Shown piece after piece: positions 50,592 through 60,535 of a stretch of DNA of 64,000 nucleotides; positions within the stretch are counted from its first letter, which is position 1, and every line of letters begins with the position of its first letter. Origin of the DNA: Camelus ferus (Eukaryota); assembly GCF_009834535.1 (NCBI RefSeq), contig NC_045711.1:25234001-25298000 (forward strand). The letters run 5' to 3'. The notes below the pieces were generated by a model. That model saw only the letters and a list, made by a program, of their open reading frames with translations. It ran no database searches and was not told where the DNA came from. The translations under genes and the position numbers were made by a program.

Positions 50592-50705
50592 AGCTATGGG
50601 GCAGAGGACAACCAGGCCCTGGAAATCCCTGGTGAGGAGCTGCCTGGTGTATTCTCAGCCCGGGCTTTTGTGGGCTGGTACAACGGGCTTCCCGAGAACC
50701 GGGAG
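50592..50705 (+). CDS. FDXR: FDXR exon 5 ([15 protein letters not shown]...GLPENRE)
   Basis: tttcctcAG acceptor, GAG|GTGAGT donor, 114 nt. Confidence 0.95.
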
Positions 50706-51013
50706 GTGAGTTCAGGGAGCCCTCCCCCTGCCTTTTCCTCCCCACTTCTCAGCCAGGGCCAGTGGCAACTTTTGGATGCCATAGCTGGGGAAAGAGGGAG
50801 GCCTGGGAGGTTCCCAGTGAGAGGAGATTTGAAACATCGTGCCGAAAGAGGGGGAGGCCTCTGGAAAGAGGGGGCACTCGTAGAGGAAGAGGGCCCTTAG
50901 TTGCAGCTCAGGTAGCTGAAATTTCCCCCTGAGTGTTCACCCCATCTACTCAGAGCCCAAGTGTCGGGGAGCCTGAGGGCAGGGCTGGGGACCTGGCATG
51001 AGGCTGAGATTAG

Positions 51014-51175
<162 letters not shown>

Positions 51176-51779
51176 TAGGTCGGGGGCTGGAGGGGTGGAG
51201 CAGGGGTTACACTGAGGAGAGGGTGCCGCTGCCTGAAGGGTTCGGGCCTCGTCCCTCCATGCTGAACACAGTGCTTCTCTTTCCCCATGGTGCCAGGCAG
51301 AGGCCTTCTGAAAGGCAGCCCGTGAGCCTCGTCTCATACCATTTCTCCCTTCACTTTCTGCAGCTACATAGTTAACCTGTATTCATCTTTTAGTTCTTGA
51401 CTCAGTTGTGTCTTCCTACAGGATGCCTTCCAGGACCATCCTGAAGAGGTCCATTTCCCTGTAATACCTTCCTCCCATAGACTTGGCTACTCCTGTTTCA
51501 GAACAAACACACACACACCTACCACACACACACACACACCCCTACCTCTCCCTGCCCCTTGCACAGTGCCTGGCATGTGGTAAACAGTAAACACTTGTTG
51601 AAGAGCTGGGCCTGGTTTGCTGCGAGTTGGGGCCATTTGCAGAATTGGCAGCAGTGTTCTGTCTAGCCACCGGGGGGGGCAGTGGTGCAGTTTCGGGCCG
51701 CCCAGGGTAGGGTCACCAGCAAATGGAAAGGCCTCTTCCACCACCCTGATCCGACTTTAAGGACCTCCTTTTGTGTCAG

Positions 51780-51887
51780 AAAACGGACATCACGGAGGCT
51801 GCCCTGGGGGTACTGAGACAGAGTCAGGTGAAGACGGTGTGGATAGTGGGCCGACGTGGACCCCTGCAAGTGGCCTTCACTATTAAG
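51780..51887 (+). CDS. FDXR: FDXR exon 7 ([10 protein letters not shown]...[13 protein letters not shown])
   Basis: ttgtgtcAG acceptor, AAG|GTGCTG donor, 108 nt. Confidence 0.95.
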
Positions 51888-52131
51888 GTGCTGGGGCCTG
51901 AGGGAGAGGGTCCAGGGTCCCAAGTAGATGGTCTGCCCTTAGGAGGTGTGGCAGGGCAGAGCTGCCTGTGGTGGAAGAGAGGGAGCCAGGCAGGGCCCCC
52001 CAAGGTCCAGTGCCTTCTGTGGTGGTGGGTGGTACTGGTGTCTCCCACCTGGGCTGGGTTCTGGGGTGGGCTGAGGCTGGACAGTGCTCTGGGCCTGACC
52101 TCTTCCCCCACTCCCCACCCCCACCCCCAAG

Positions 52132-52216
52132 GAGCTCCGGGAGATGATTCAGTTACCAGGAACTCGGCCCATATTGGATCCTGCGGATTTCTTGGGCCTC
52201 CAGGACAGAATCAAGG
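52132..52216 (+). CDS. FDXR: FDXR exon 8 ([10 protein letters not shown]...LQDRIK)
   Basis: cccccAAG acceptor, GTGAGG donor, 85 nt. Confidence 0.94.
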
Positions 52217-52349
52217 GTGAGGGGCCCTGGCCTGGCCCCCCAGCTCACTAGAGAGGGGATGGTCTAGGTCAGAGAGGGCTTGGGGGAGGATGTTCGGGGA
52301 GAAGGCTGGAACCCAAAGATAGCCCTGAGATGTTCTGTGTTGCTGACAG

Positions 52350-52549
52350 AGGTTCCTCGCCCCAGGAAGCGGCTGACGGAATTGCTGCTTCGAACAGCCA
52401 CAGAGAAGCCAGGGGTGGAGGAGGCTGCCCGCCAGGCATCGGCCTCCCGTGCCTGGGGCCTCCGCTTTTTCCGAAGCCCGAAGCAGGTGCTGCCCTCGGC
52501 AGATGGGAGGCAGGTGGCAGGCGTCCGCCTGGCTGTCACCAGACTGGAG
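52350..52549 (+). CDS. FDXR: FDXR exon 9 ([13 protein letters not shown]...AVTRLE)
   Basis: gctgacAG acceptor, GAG|GTGAGT donor, 200 nt. Confidence 0.95.
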
Positions 52550-52632
52550 GTGAGTCTCCTGTTAGCCAAAGACACCCCCATTCTTAAGTGTTCCCACCCA
52601 CAGCCTGGTATTGCCCACACTGTCCCCAGCAG

Positions 52633-52804
52633 GGTGTCGGTGAGGCCACCCGGGCAGTGCCCACTGGAGATGTGGAGGACCTCCCTTGTGGGCTGGTGCT
52701 AAGCAGCATTGGGTATAAGAGCCGCCCCATCGACCCCAGTGTGCCCTTCGACCCCAAACTTGGCATCATCCCCAATGTGGATGGCCGGGTCATGAATGTG
52801 CCAG
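52633..52804 (+). CDS. FDXR: FDXR exon 10 ([12 protein letters not shown]...SSIGYKSRP...VMNVP)
   Basis: CAGCAG tandem acceptor, CAG|GTGAGA donor, 172 nt. Confidence 0.94.
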
Positions 52805-53384
52805 GTGAGAGGGTGCAGTGGGGGACAGGGAGGCTGGTGTCTCCTGGGGTCATTCCCATTCATTCATTCATCTGGTGACAGGTACTGAGAGCCAGGCCGT
52901 GTCCCAGGACCCCATCCTGGGACTTAGTTTAACTGAGATGCCCACACCTATGCCTGGTTATTAAGTCATTCAGTTTACTGAGGCCTGCTCTGAGCTAGGC
53001 CTAGTTCTGGGATTGGAGATTAGGCAGCAGCCCCTGTAATCGGCAAGCTTGCAGTCTGATTGTATATTCACATACCAGTCTAGTCATTAATTCATTCAGT
53101 TAATGTTTACTAAGAGCCTGCTGAAGCAAGGTGGGCAGGACTCAGCTCCTACAGGGAGGTCCTGGTCTACAGGGACACTGAGGGGTAAGGGGGGATGGCA
53201 TGGTAAAAACAGGTTGGGAAGAATTGAGAGCAGTGGGCCAGCAGCCACAGTGGGCCCACTGACAGATGCTGGAAGGCCGTGGGGTCAATGGATGCATGCA
53301 CATGCAAGTTTGTATGGGGGCTCAGGCTTGCCAAGGGTGTCCAGCCCACTCCCCATTACTTACACCTTTGTTACTCGCTCCCAG

Positions 53385-53555
53385 GCCTCTACTGCAGTGG
53401 CTGGGTGAAGCGGGGCCCCACAGGCGTCATCACTACCACCATGACCGACAGTTTCCTCACAAGCCAGATTCTACTGCAGGACCTGAAGGCCGGGCAGCTT
53501 CCGTCTGGTCCCAGGCCTGGCTATGCAGCCATCAAGGCCCTCCTCAGCAGCCGAG
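53385..53555 (+). CDS. FDXR: FDXR exon 11 ([16 protein letters not shown]...LLSSR)
   Basis: cgctcccAG acceptor, GAG|GTCTGG donor, 171 nt. Confidence 0.95.
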
Positions 53556-53695
53556 GTCTGGGCCCCATGTGAGCTCCAAAGAGGTGGGGTGGTGGTGGGG
53601 GCATCCCTGGACCTTCCCACTGTTTGGGAGTTGGGTGTTCGGGGCTAGAGTGGAGGAGGCGGTGGAGGCAGTGACTCGTTTTCCCTCTGCCTCAG

Positions 53696-53826
53696 GGGTC
53701 TGGCCTGTCTCTTTCTCGGACTGGGAGAAGCTGGATGCTGAAGAGGTGTCCCGGGGCCAGGGCACTGGGAAGCCCAGAGAGAAGCTGCTGGATCCTCAGG
53801 AGATGCTGCGGCTGCTGGGGCGCTGA
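53696..53826 (+). CDS. FDXR: FDXR exon 12 ([17 protein letters not shown]...MLRLLGR*)
   Basis: ctgcctcAG acceptor, TGA ends 53826; total 1479 nt = 492 aa. Confidence 0.96.
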
Positions 53827-54115
53827 GCCCAGATCAGGCATGGACAGGAGTCCTGTGCAGGGGAGAGGGACTGAGCCGGACTCCGCTCCACAGCTGCATC
53901 ATTTGCTGGTCCTGGCGTGGGGCCTTGGCTGCCTCTTTTCCAGGGGGTTCTGAGCACTTCCTCCTGCCAGAAGGTCACTCTTGCCAGTGTGGATTTGACT
54001 CTCAGAAAGGAGATAACCTTAGTTAGGGATGGGTGCCAGGTGCAGGCTGATCTTCCTCCCTCCTACCTCTCTCCTGCTGGACTGTGGAGGGTCACCAGGT
54101 TGGGAATAGGCTGGA

Positions 54116-54121
54116 AATAAA
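54116..54121 (+). terminator. FDXR polyadenylation signal AATAAA
   Basis: Canonical hexamer about 290 nt after the stop, followed by GT-rich sequence. Confidence 0.75.
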
Positions 54122-54829
54122 ACACCTGCAACCCAGGATCAGTGGTTGATGTGCGACTTCTTTGGGGGCCCCGGGTCACCTTCCAGCTGCAGCTCCCCTC
54201 CAGTCACCAGGTGGCGCTGCAGGGCCAGCTCCCTGCTCAGGGGCCTCTTGGGGGCTTGAGGGGTTTTGGCAGCCAGGCCTGGCACCCACCCTCTTTTCCT
54301 CAGCTTGTCCCTGCTGCTGCGGCCTGCGTGCCTTCTGCACACACTGCAGGCACCCTTTGACCCCAATCTGCTTGCTCTGCTGGCTCCACTGCCTGGTCCC
54401 CTCCCTGGTGAGTCCCCAGTACAACCAAAACAAGAACAGAAGAGAAAAAGTGGGAGTGAGGGAGCTAGGCAGCAGCTTGTCAGAGCTCCTCCCTGTGGCC
54501 CCTCTATCTGGTGAGGGTCCCCTACTCCGTGGCTTCCAACACCTTCCTGCTTTTTCAGTTTTCAGCCAGACCGACAAGCCTTTTAAAAATAGTACCTGAA
54601 TCTTCGTAGTGCTTTACAGTTTGCAAAGCGTGTTCACCGTCTTTGTGCTAGCCCCCAAGATGCTGGCCTCACTTTATAGACGGATGGATTCTCGAAATTA
54701 ACTGGCCCAAGGTCACACACCCAGTGAGCTTCGGGCTCGAACCCAGGGCTCCGGGCAGCCCGTTTTCTCCGAGGCTGCAGTTGGCCCCGTGTGTCGGGTC
54801 TGGGGACACAGCCCTAGAGACGGGAGGAG

Positions 54830-55750
54830 GGACCCAGGCGCCTGGCGCACTGGCGGGCAAGGAGGGGCCTGGAGCAGCGCGGGTGCTGGCGGCGGGGTGG
54901 GCCGGCCGAGGCGGGCCGGGGCGGGGCGGAGGCGGCAGGCCCCGGTGGGGCGGGCCCGCGCGGGCGGCGGCGAGCGCTTCGCCACAGCCGGCTGGCTGGC
55001 TGGCCCCGGGAGCCGGAGGCACGGCGTGCAGCGCAGCCCGGGACGGAGCCGGGCGCCTAGCGGGCCACGGGAGGGGCGCGGGGCGCGGGGCGCGGGGCGC
55101 GGGGGCGGGCCCGGCCCAGCCCGCCAGGCCGCGCCACGGGCACTGGCCCCGCGGCGCCCGGGCTCAGGCGCCCGCCGAGCTAGGACAGAGCGCGCCAGAG
55201 CGCGGAGCCGAGGCGGCGGGACATGCTCCGCGCGGGAGGCGGCCGGCGCGGGCTCTGGGCGCGGGCGCAGCGCCCCTTCCCCTCGGTGAGTGGCAGGCGG
55301 CGAGCCGGGGGCGTCAACTTGGCCAACTTGGGGCTGGGCTCAGGCGACGCGCGGGCAAGGACGACGGAGACAGAGGCGGGACACCGGGGAGAGTCTGGCT
55401 GGAGCAGGGAGCCCGAGGAGGGGGGCGGTCGGGGGACCGAGACTCTCGGGGTCCCTGCCTGGGGTTTGGACCGGGGCGGGCGGAGAGGAGGTGAGGAAGA
55501 GAGGCCCAGGTGACAGGCGCGCGGCGGACGCGAGGGAAGGACGCGGGCGAGGCGCCCAAGACATTCGTCTCCCGGGTCGCCGAGCCCTCCAGCTCCTTCT
55601 CCCGGCGCCGCGGCACCGCAGGGGAGGGGGCGGTGCGGGACGCGGGAGTCTGGGCTGCCGGCCCCGCAACTGTTGCTGCTGGAAGCCGGGCGGGGTGGGG
55701 AGGGAGCGGGGCTGTGAGCTGGGGCCCTGGCTGGGTTCGCCAGAGAGAAG
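54830..55750 (+). promoter_or_regulatory. GRIN2C: CpG island, upstream GRIN2C promoter with candidate non-coding exon ending at 55285
   Basis: Extreme CpG density, many GC boxes, donor TCG|GTGAGT at 55286; exon start not determinable. Confidence 0.6.
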
Positions 55751-56859
55751 GGAGCTGGAGAGGACATGGGGCAGAGAGGACGAAGAGGGGTTGTCGGTGG
55801 TTCCCGAAGCCCAGCCCCCTGCTCCCGGAGGTTTGCTGAGCACCTACTGCGCACATCTGCCTTCACACCCCTGCCCCTTCACCCGCCGTGAGTCCCCCCA
55901 GGTCCTCCCCTCCTAGCTCTTCCTTTTCTCCGCCGCCCCGCATAACGCTCCCTCCTCTGACCTCAGGGAATCAGCCTGGGCTCCACCCGTTGGTGGGATC
56001 TTACCAAACGCTGACCTCACTCCCAAGCGGACCCAGGCTCCGAGGATGGGAAAGGACGGGTGGGCAAAGAGGACCCGGGACAGCCGTGAGCCCCTGTGCT
56101 CTGGGCCCTGGCTGCCGCACCAGCGGGTTGCTCTGGTCTGCTGGGTCTTCCATCAGGATCCCCGACGGCGGGGAAGGGAAACCTCGAGTATCCTGCTGCG
56201 GAAGGCCGTTCGTGCCTAGGCCTAAGCGCGCAGGGCCAGGGCCATGAGAAGTCAAAGGCAGCCAGCAGCTAAAAAATCCCAAAGGGTGCATACCACGACA
56301 CATCCAGAAGTCCTGCTGGGTGAGTGAAGGGGGAATTCTCACTGGACCCTGAGCTCACTCCACTGGCCCTAGCCCTGCTCACCCGATGGGACTTCTGGCT
56401 CGGTCCCCAGCCCTCTGATGGTGACACTGCCCTGGCTGGGTCCTGACCCTGGCCATGGTGGAAACTGAGGAAAGGAACTTGGAGGGGACCAAGTAGGCTC
56501 TATTTCGGAGCCCGTCTAGTTTCTGGCTGTGCAAATAGGTTGGGAGCCTGCTTCAAATAGACTCCATACTAGAAACTCGAATAGCATCGTTAAAGGGATC
56601 GGGTAAGCCGGGAACCAAACTCCCGACTCCTGGGTTCGCCCTAGGGCAGGCCCGGGGTGGTACCTTCCCACAGCCCCGCCTGCCAGGCGAGCTCCGCAAC
56701 CCCTACCCGCGGGGCTTGAGGTGGCGACCAACTTGGGGCAGTGGGGAAGGGGACCTAGGAGCCAGAACGCTCGCAGCGGGTAGCCGCGAGGCGAGGGGCG
56801 CGGAGTGCGTGGTGCCCAGCTTGGCCGCCAGGAGGCGTGGCGCGGGTCCCGGCGCCCGG

Positions 56860-57023
56860 AGTCGCCGCTGCCGCCGCCGCCGCATCGCGAGTGTCCTTGA
56901 GCCGCGGGTGATGGTGGCTTTCGCCGCTCGCGCCCCCTCCTCCCTCGGGGGGAGCCTGATGCCACGTTCCCTATGAATTATTTATCGCTGGCCTAAAAAT
57001 ACCCCGAACTTCACAGCCCAAGT
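56860..57023 (+). other. GRIN2C: GRIN2C non-coding 5' UTR exon (5' end approximate)
   Basis: Resembles the human GRIN2C mRNA leader as I recall it (...ccgcatcgcgagtgtccttgagcc...cttcacagccc); donor AGT|GTAAGA at 57024 joins to gaccctccggtggacATG. Confidence 0.7.
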
Positions 57024-58378
57024 GTAAGAGATTCCCCCGGGGGGTCCGGGGCGGAATCAGCGGGGAGGGGGGAGTTAGTCTTGGAGGAGGGAGACCTCGG
57101 TGCCCGCGCCAGTAGGGGCGTGATGGAGAGGTGGTCGTCTCCCCTGACGCCTGGGTTCGGGTTTTAGCTCGGCAAAAGGGGGGGAGGGAAGCCCGACGGC
57201 AAAGCAGAGGCCGCTCACTCGGAGGGAAGTGGATCCAGAGGAGCCGCGGAGCCTGGGTCCCTCGGCTCCCCGGAGGTGGCGCGGCTGGTGGGTGGGGCCG
57301 ACTCTTGGGACCGAGGCTCCTGGCCTGGGAGAGAGGATATCCGTCAGATGTCTGGAGTGTGAGTCTGTGTGCATGTCCGTGTGTGGGAGCCTGCCTGAGA
57401 TTGGGGGAGCACATGGAGATGCTCAGGCGGTTCAAAGTGATGCTGAGTGTTCCGGAAGACTGACCACTGTTACCCTTCCCCTGGACCCTTTTTGGGGTCC
57501 GGATATTCATCAAATATTAACAACCCGTTTGTGAAAGGGGTGGACCCCAAGTGGGTGGGCAGAGATCTCTAGAGACAATAGTCCAGTGTGGGTCGGGGGC
57601 ATCTTGGGCTGGCAAATACCTGCCACGGGGCAAAATGAGGGAAACCGTGGCAGAGGAGCTCCCCAACCCAGGAGAAGTGGGGGTGTGGGGTGGGGGGAAG
57701 AAGGGCAACCAGCCTAGAGCCAGACCCAGACCTTCTGTCTTGTCACCCGTGTTTCCAGAGCCTGGAAGGACTAAGGTAGGTGCTCTGTGGGAGGAGGACT
57801 GAGGTTGGGCTCTGGAAATTCTGGAATTTGTTGGGTAGACAAGACAGAGGTGGTGGGAAGAGGGCATTCTAGCCTGAGGGAACAGCAGAGCAAAAGCCTA
57901 GAGGCGAGGACAGTAGGGTCATCCCTAGGTGGCAGGAGTGTGGGGTCCAGGGAGGGGAGGACAGTTGGTTGGGATCAGGGTGTGTGGGGCTCTGTCCATG
58001 AGACCCAATGTCTGGACTTAATTTGTGGGCACCAGGGAGCAGCTGTGCTGTTCGAGGAGGGGTGCAGTGGCCAGACGAATGTTTCAGGCCAGTGGGGCCT
58101 CCCCTCCTGCCTTGTGCAGGAGGCTGGACACCATGTGGTGCTAAGATTCTGGAGTCTACATCTCTTTGAATCTGCCCGTTGCTATTTTAAATTCACAGAC
58201 TTGCCTGATTGGGACCCCTCCCTTCAGAGGCATCCTGTGATCAGTTTCTGTGAGAGGCAAGACCTGCCTCAACTTTCCTCCTCAACTCCTGTCCTGGAGG
58301 ACACCTTCCAATCAGAGGGAGTCTCTGGGGACAGCACCCCCTTGGAGCTGAGGGAGGACCTGGGTTCTTCATCTAGAG

Positions 58379-58664
58379 CCACGTTGTCCAAAAGAAACCA
58401 AATGAGAGCTCATGTAGACACATTAGAAAAAGTAAAAAGAAAGGTGAAATGAATTCTAAGGCTGTACTGTGTTTAGCTCAGTGTATCTTAAATGTTCTTT
58501 TGACATGTAATCCATAAAAAATATTAATGAGATGTTTTCTTTTTTGAATACTATGTTATCAATAGCCAGTGTGTATTTGACACGACATGCCTCAATTCTA
58601 ACGACACACATCTGAGTGCCCGATAGTCACACGTGACTGGAGGCTGCTGTATTGGACAGCAGAG
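58379..58664. mobile_element. MER33-type hAT-Charlie element
   Basis: gttgtccaaaagaaa...aaaagtaaaaagaaaggtgaaatgaatt...attaatgagatg...gtattggacagcag. Confidence 0.85.
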
Positions 58665-59483
58665 ACCTGGACCTCAGAGCTGGGAGGCAGAGGTGGGGGA
58701 AGCTTTGGGCTTCCCAGAGGGTGGGGAACCTACAGGGACGGTCAGGGATGAGCACAGAGAGGCCTTGCCAAGGGCAGACAAGCATGGCAGTGCCCTTTTC
58801 AGGTGTAATTTGAAATCTCTGGTTGGAGGTAGCTGCGGGCACAGCACGCTCAGGCTCACACACAAGACGCACATGCGTCTCCAGGCTGACATTCAAAGTC
58901 AGTGTACTAAGAAATCATACACAGGGGGAATTTCAAGGGCACAAAAATGAGTATGGTATTCTCTCCCCTGCCAAAAATCCTGTCTTCTTATCCTGAATTA
59001 AACCAGGCCCAGCCTGGTCACACTTTGTCTCTTCCCTGTTCAAAAGTTTTGTCGGGGATGTGATGGAGATGGAGAGAGGGCAAAGCTGTGGCTGATGGCC
59101 AGCTGGGAGGGAGAATTGCATCCGTGGGTACCACTCACTGGCGTGGCTATCGGTCCCAGTCCAAAGCAATGATTCTCGTTTAGCAGGGATACACGTCAGG
59201 CCCTTGGGTTATGGTAAAAAAAAAAAAACAAAAAACAACAACAAAAAACCCCCTCATATCAGTGATGGCCTAGGGAGGCAGCTCATGTGTGAGATACCTC
59301 CGGGTTTCAGGTGACTCTGAGCCCTGAACAAATCAACTGTGTCACATGCCTGCTGTAGAAGAGCTGCTACTTATTGAGGCAACGGGGGTAGGGTAGGGAT
59401 GTCCAGTGCCCAGGAAGAGCCATGCAGGGTTATTGCAGAGCAGGGTCCTCGGAGATGTTAGGTTCAGTTTATGATGGAGAAGG

Positions 59484-59487
<4 letters not shown>

Positions 59488-59537
<50 letters not shown>
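59488..59537 (+). repeat. (GT)25 microsatellite in GRIN2C leader intron
   Basis: Perfect dinucleotide run. Confidence 0.95.
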
Positions 59538-59540
<3 letters not shown>

Positions 59541-60136
59541 AAGAGCTGCCTGCCTCCCCCTGGCTGTGGGGCTGTCACCTGTAGGATAAGGATGCTGAGA
59601 ACAGGGGGAAGCCCTCACACCATTGTGAAGTAGGTCCTGTGATTGTTGCAGGCAAGAAAACATGGCTCAGAGAGGCTAAGCAACTTCCCAAGATCACACA
59701 GTTAGTACGTGGCAGAACTGGGACTTGAACTCAAGTCTCTCCAACTCAAATCCATGCACTTGGCACCAGATTAGCATTTGCTGTGTACCTTCCTGAGGCA
59801 GAACCCAGATGGATGAGTTTCCAAACATGGTGTTCAACCATAAAATGGAAGGAATGAGCACCTAGTCTGGCATGTTCTTCCCAGCCCCTGCCCTCTGGGC
59901 TGCACTTGGACACTCAGCTAACCTCTGTCTCTTTCTCTTTGTCTGTCTGTGTCTGTCTGTCTCCCCCTCTCTCTGCCTCTCTTTGTGGTGGGAGGTTCCC
60001 CCTCTTCTCTTTCATCCTCTGGATGTGTGTCCCTCTGACTCTGGCCTTTGTCTCCTCTCTGCCACTCTTTCCTCTCTGTCCCTCTGCCTCCCTCCCCATG
60101 CCTATCCTGGTCTCTCCACAGGACCCTCCGGTGGAC

Positions 60137-60535
60137 ATGGGTGGGGCCCTGGGGCCAGCCTTGCTGCTTACCTCACTCCTTGGTGCCTGGGCAGGGCCGG
60201 GCCCTGGGCAGGGTGAGCAGGCTGTGACAGTGGCCGTGGTGTTTGGCAGCTTGGGGCCATCGCAGGCCCAGGCCCGTATCCGCCTCACCCCCCAGAGCTT
60301 CCTGGACCTGCCCCTGGAGATCCAACCACTCACCGTGGGGGTCAACAACACCAACCCCAGTAGTCTTCTCACCCAGATCTGTGGGCTTCTGGGTGCTGCC
60401 CGCGTCCATGGCATCGTCTTTGAGGACAACGTCGGCACTGAGGCCGTGGCCCAGATCCTGGACTTCATCTCCTCCCAGACCCACGTGCCTATCCTCAGCA
60501 TCAGTGGGGGCTCTGCCGTGGTCCTCACCCCTAAG
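60137..60535 (+). CDS. GRIN2C: NMDA receptor subunit GluN2C, first coding exon (signal peptide [20 protein letters not shown], start of amino-terminal domain)
   Basis: Acceptor ctccacAG puts exon start at 60122; ggacATGG start; AAG|GTGCCT donor; 399 nt. Confidence 0.96.

Noticed and set aside
53266-53826. 186-aa ORF ending in the FDXR C-terminus, suggesting an alternative protein
   Set aside because: Chance read-through from intron 10, a shifted exon 11 frame and intron 11 into exon 12; no ATG or promoter support.
54669-55916. Many overlapping Pro/Arg/Gly/Ala-rich ORFs in the GRIN2C island (likewise at 6800-8400, 26693-27432 and 44498-45226)
   Set aside because: Stop codons are rare in CpG islands; composition is what random GC-rich DNA gives.
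57107-57120. CTCF-like ccagtaggggcg
   Set aside because: One G short in the core, so spacing does not fit the motif.
59906-60136. 77-codon in-frame extension upstream of the GRIN2C ATG
   Set aside because: Starts at a non-ATG codon, crosses the splice acceptor at 60121, and translates an intronic pyrimidine tract.
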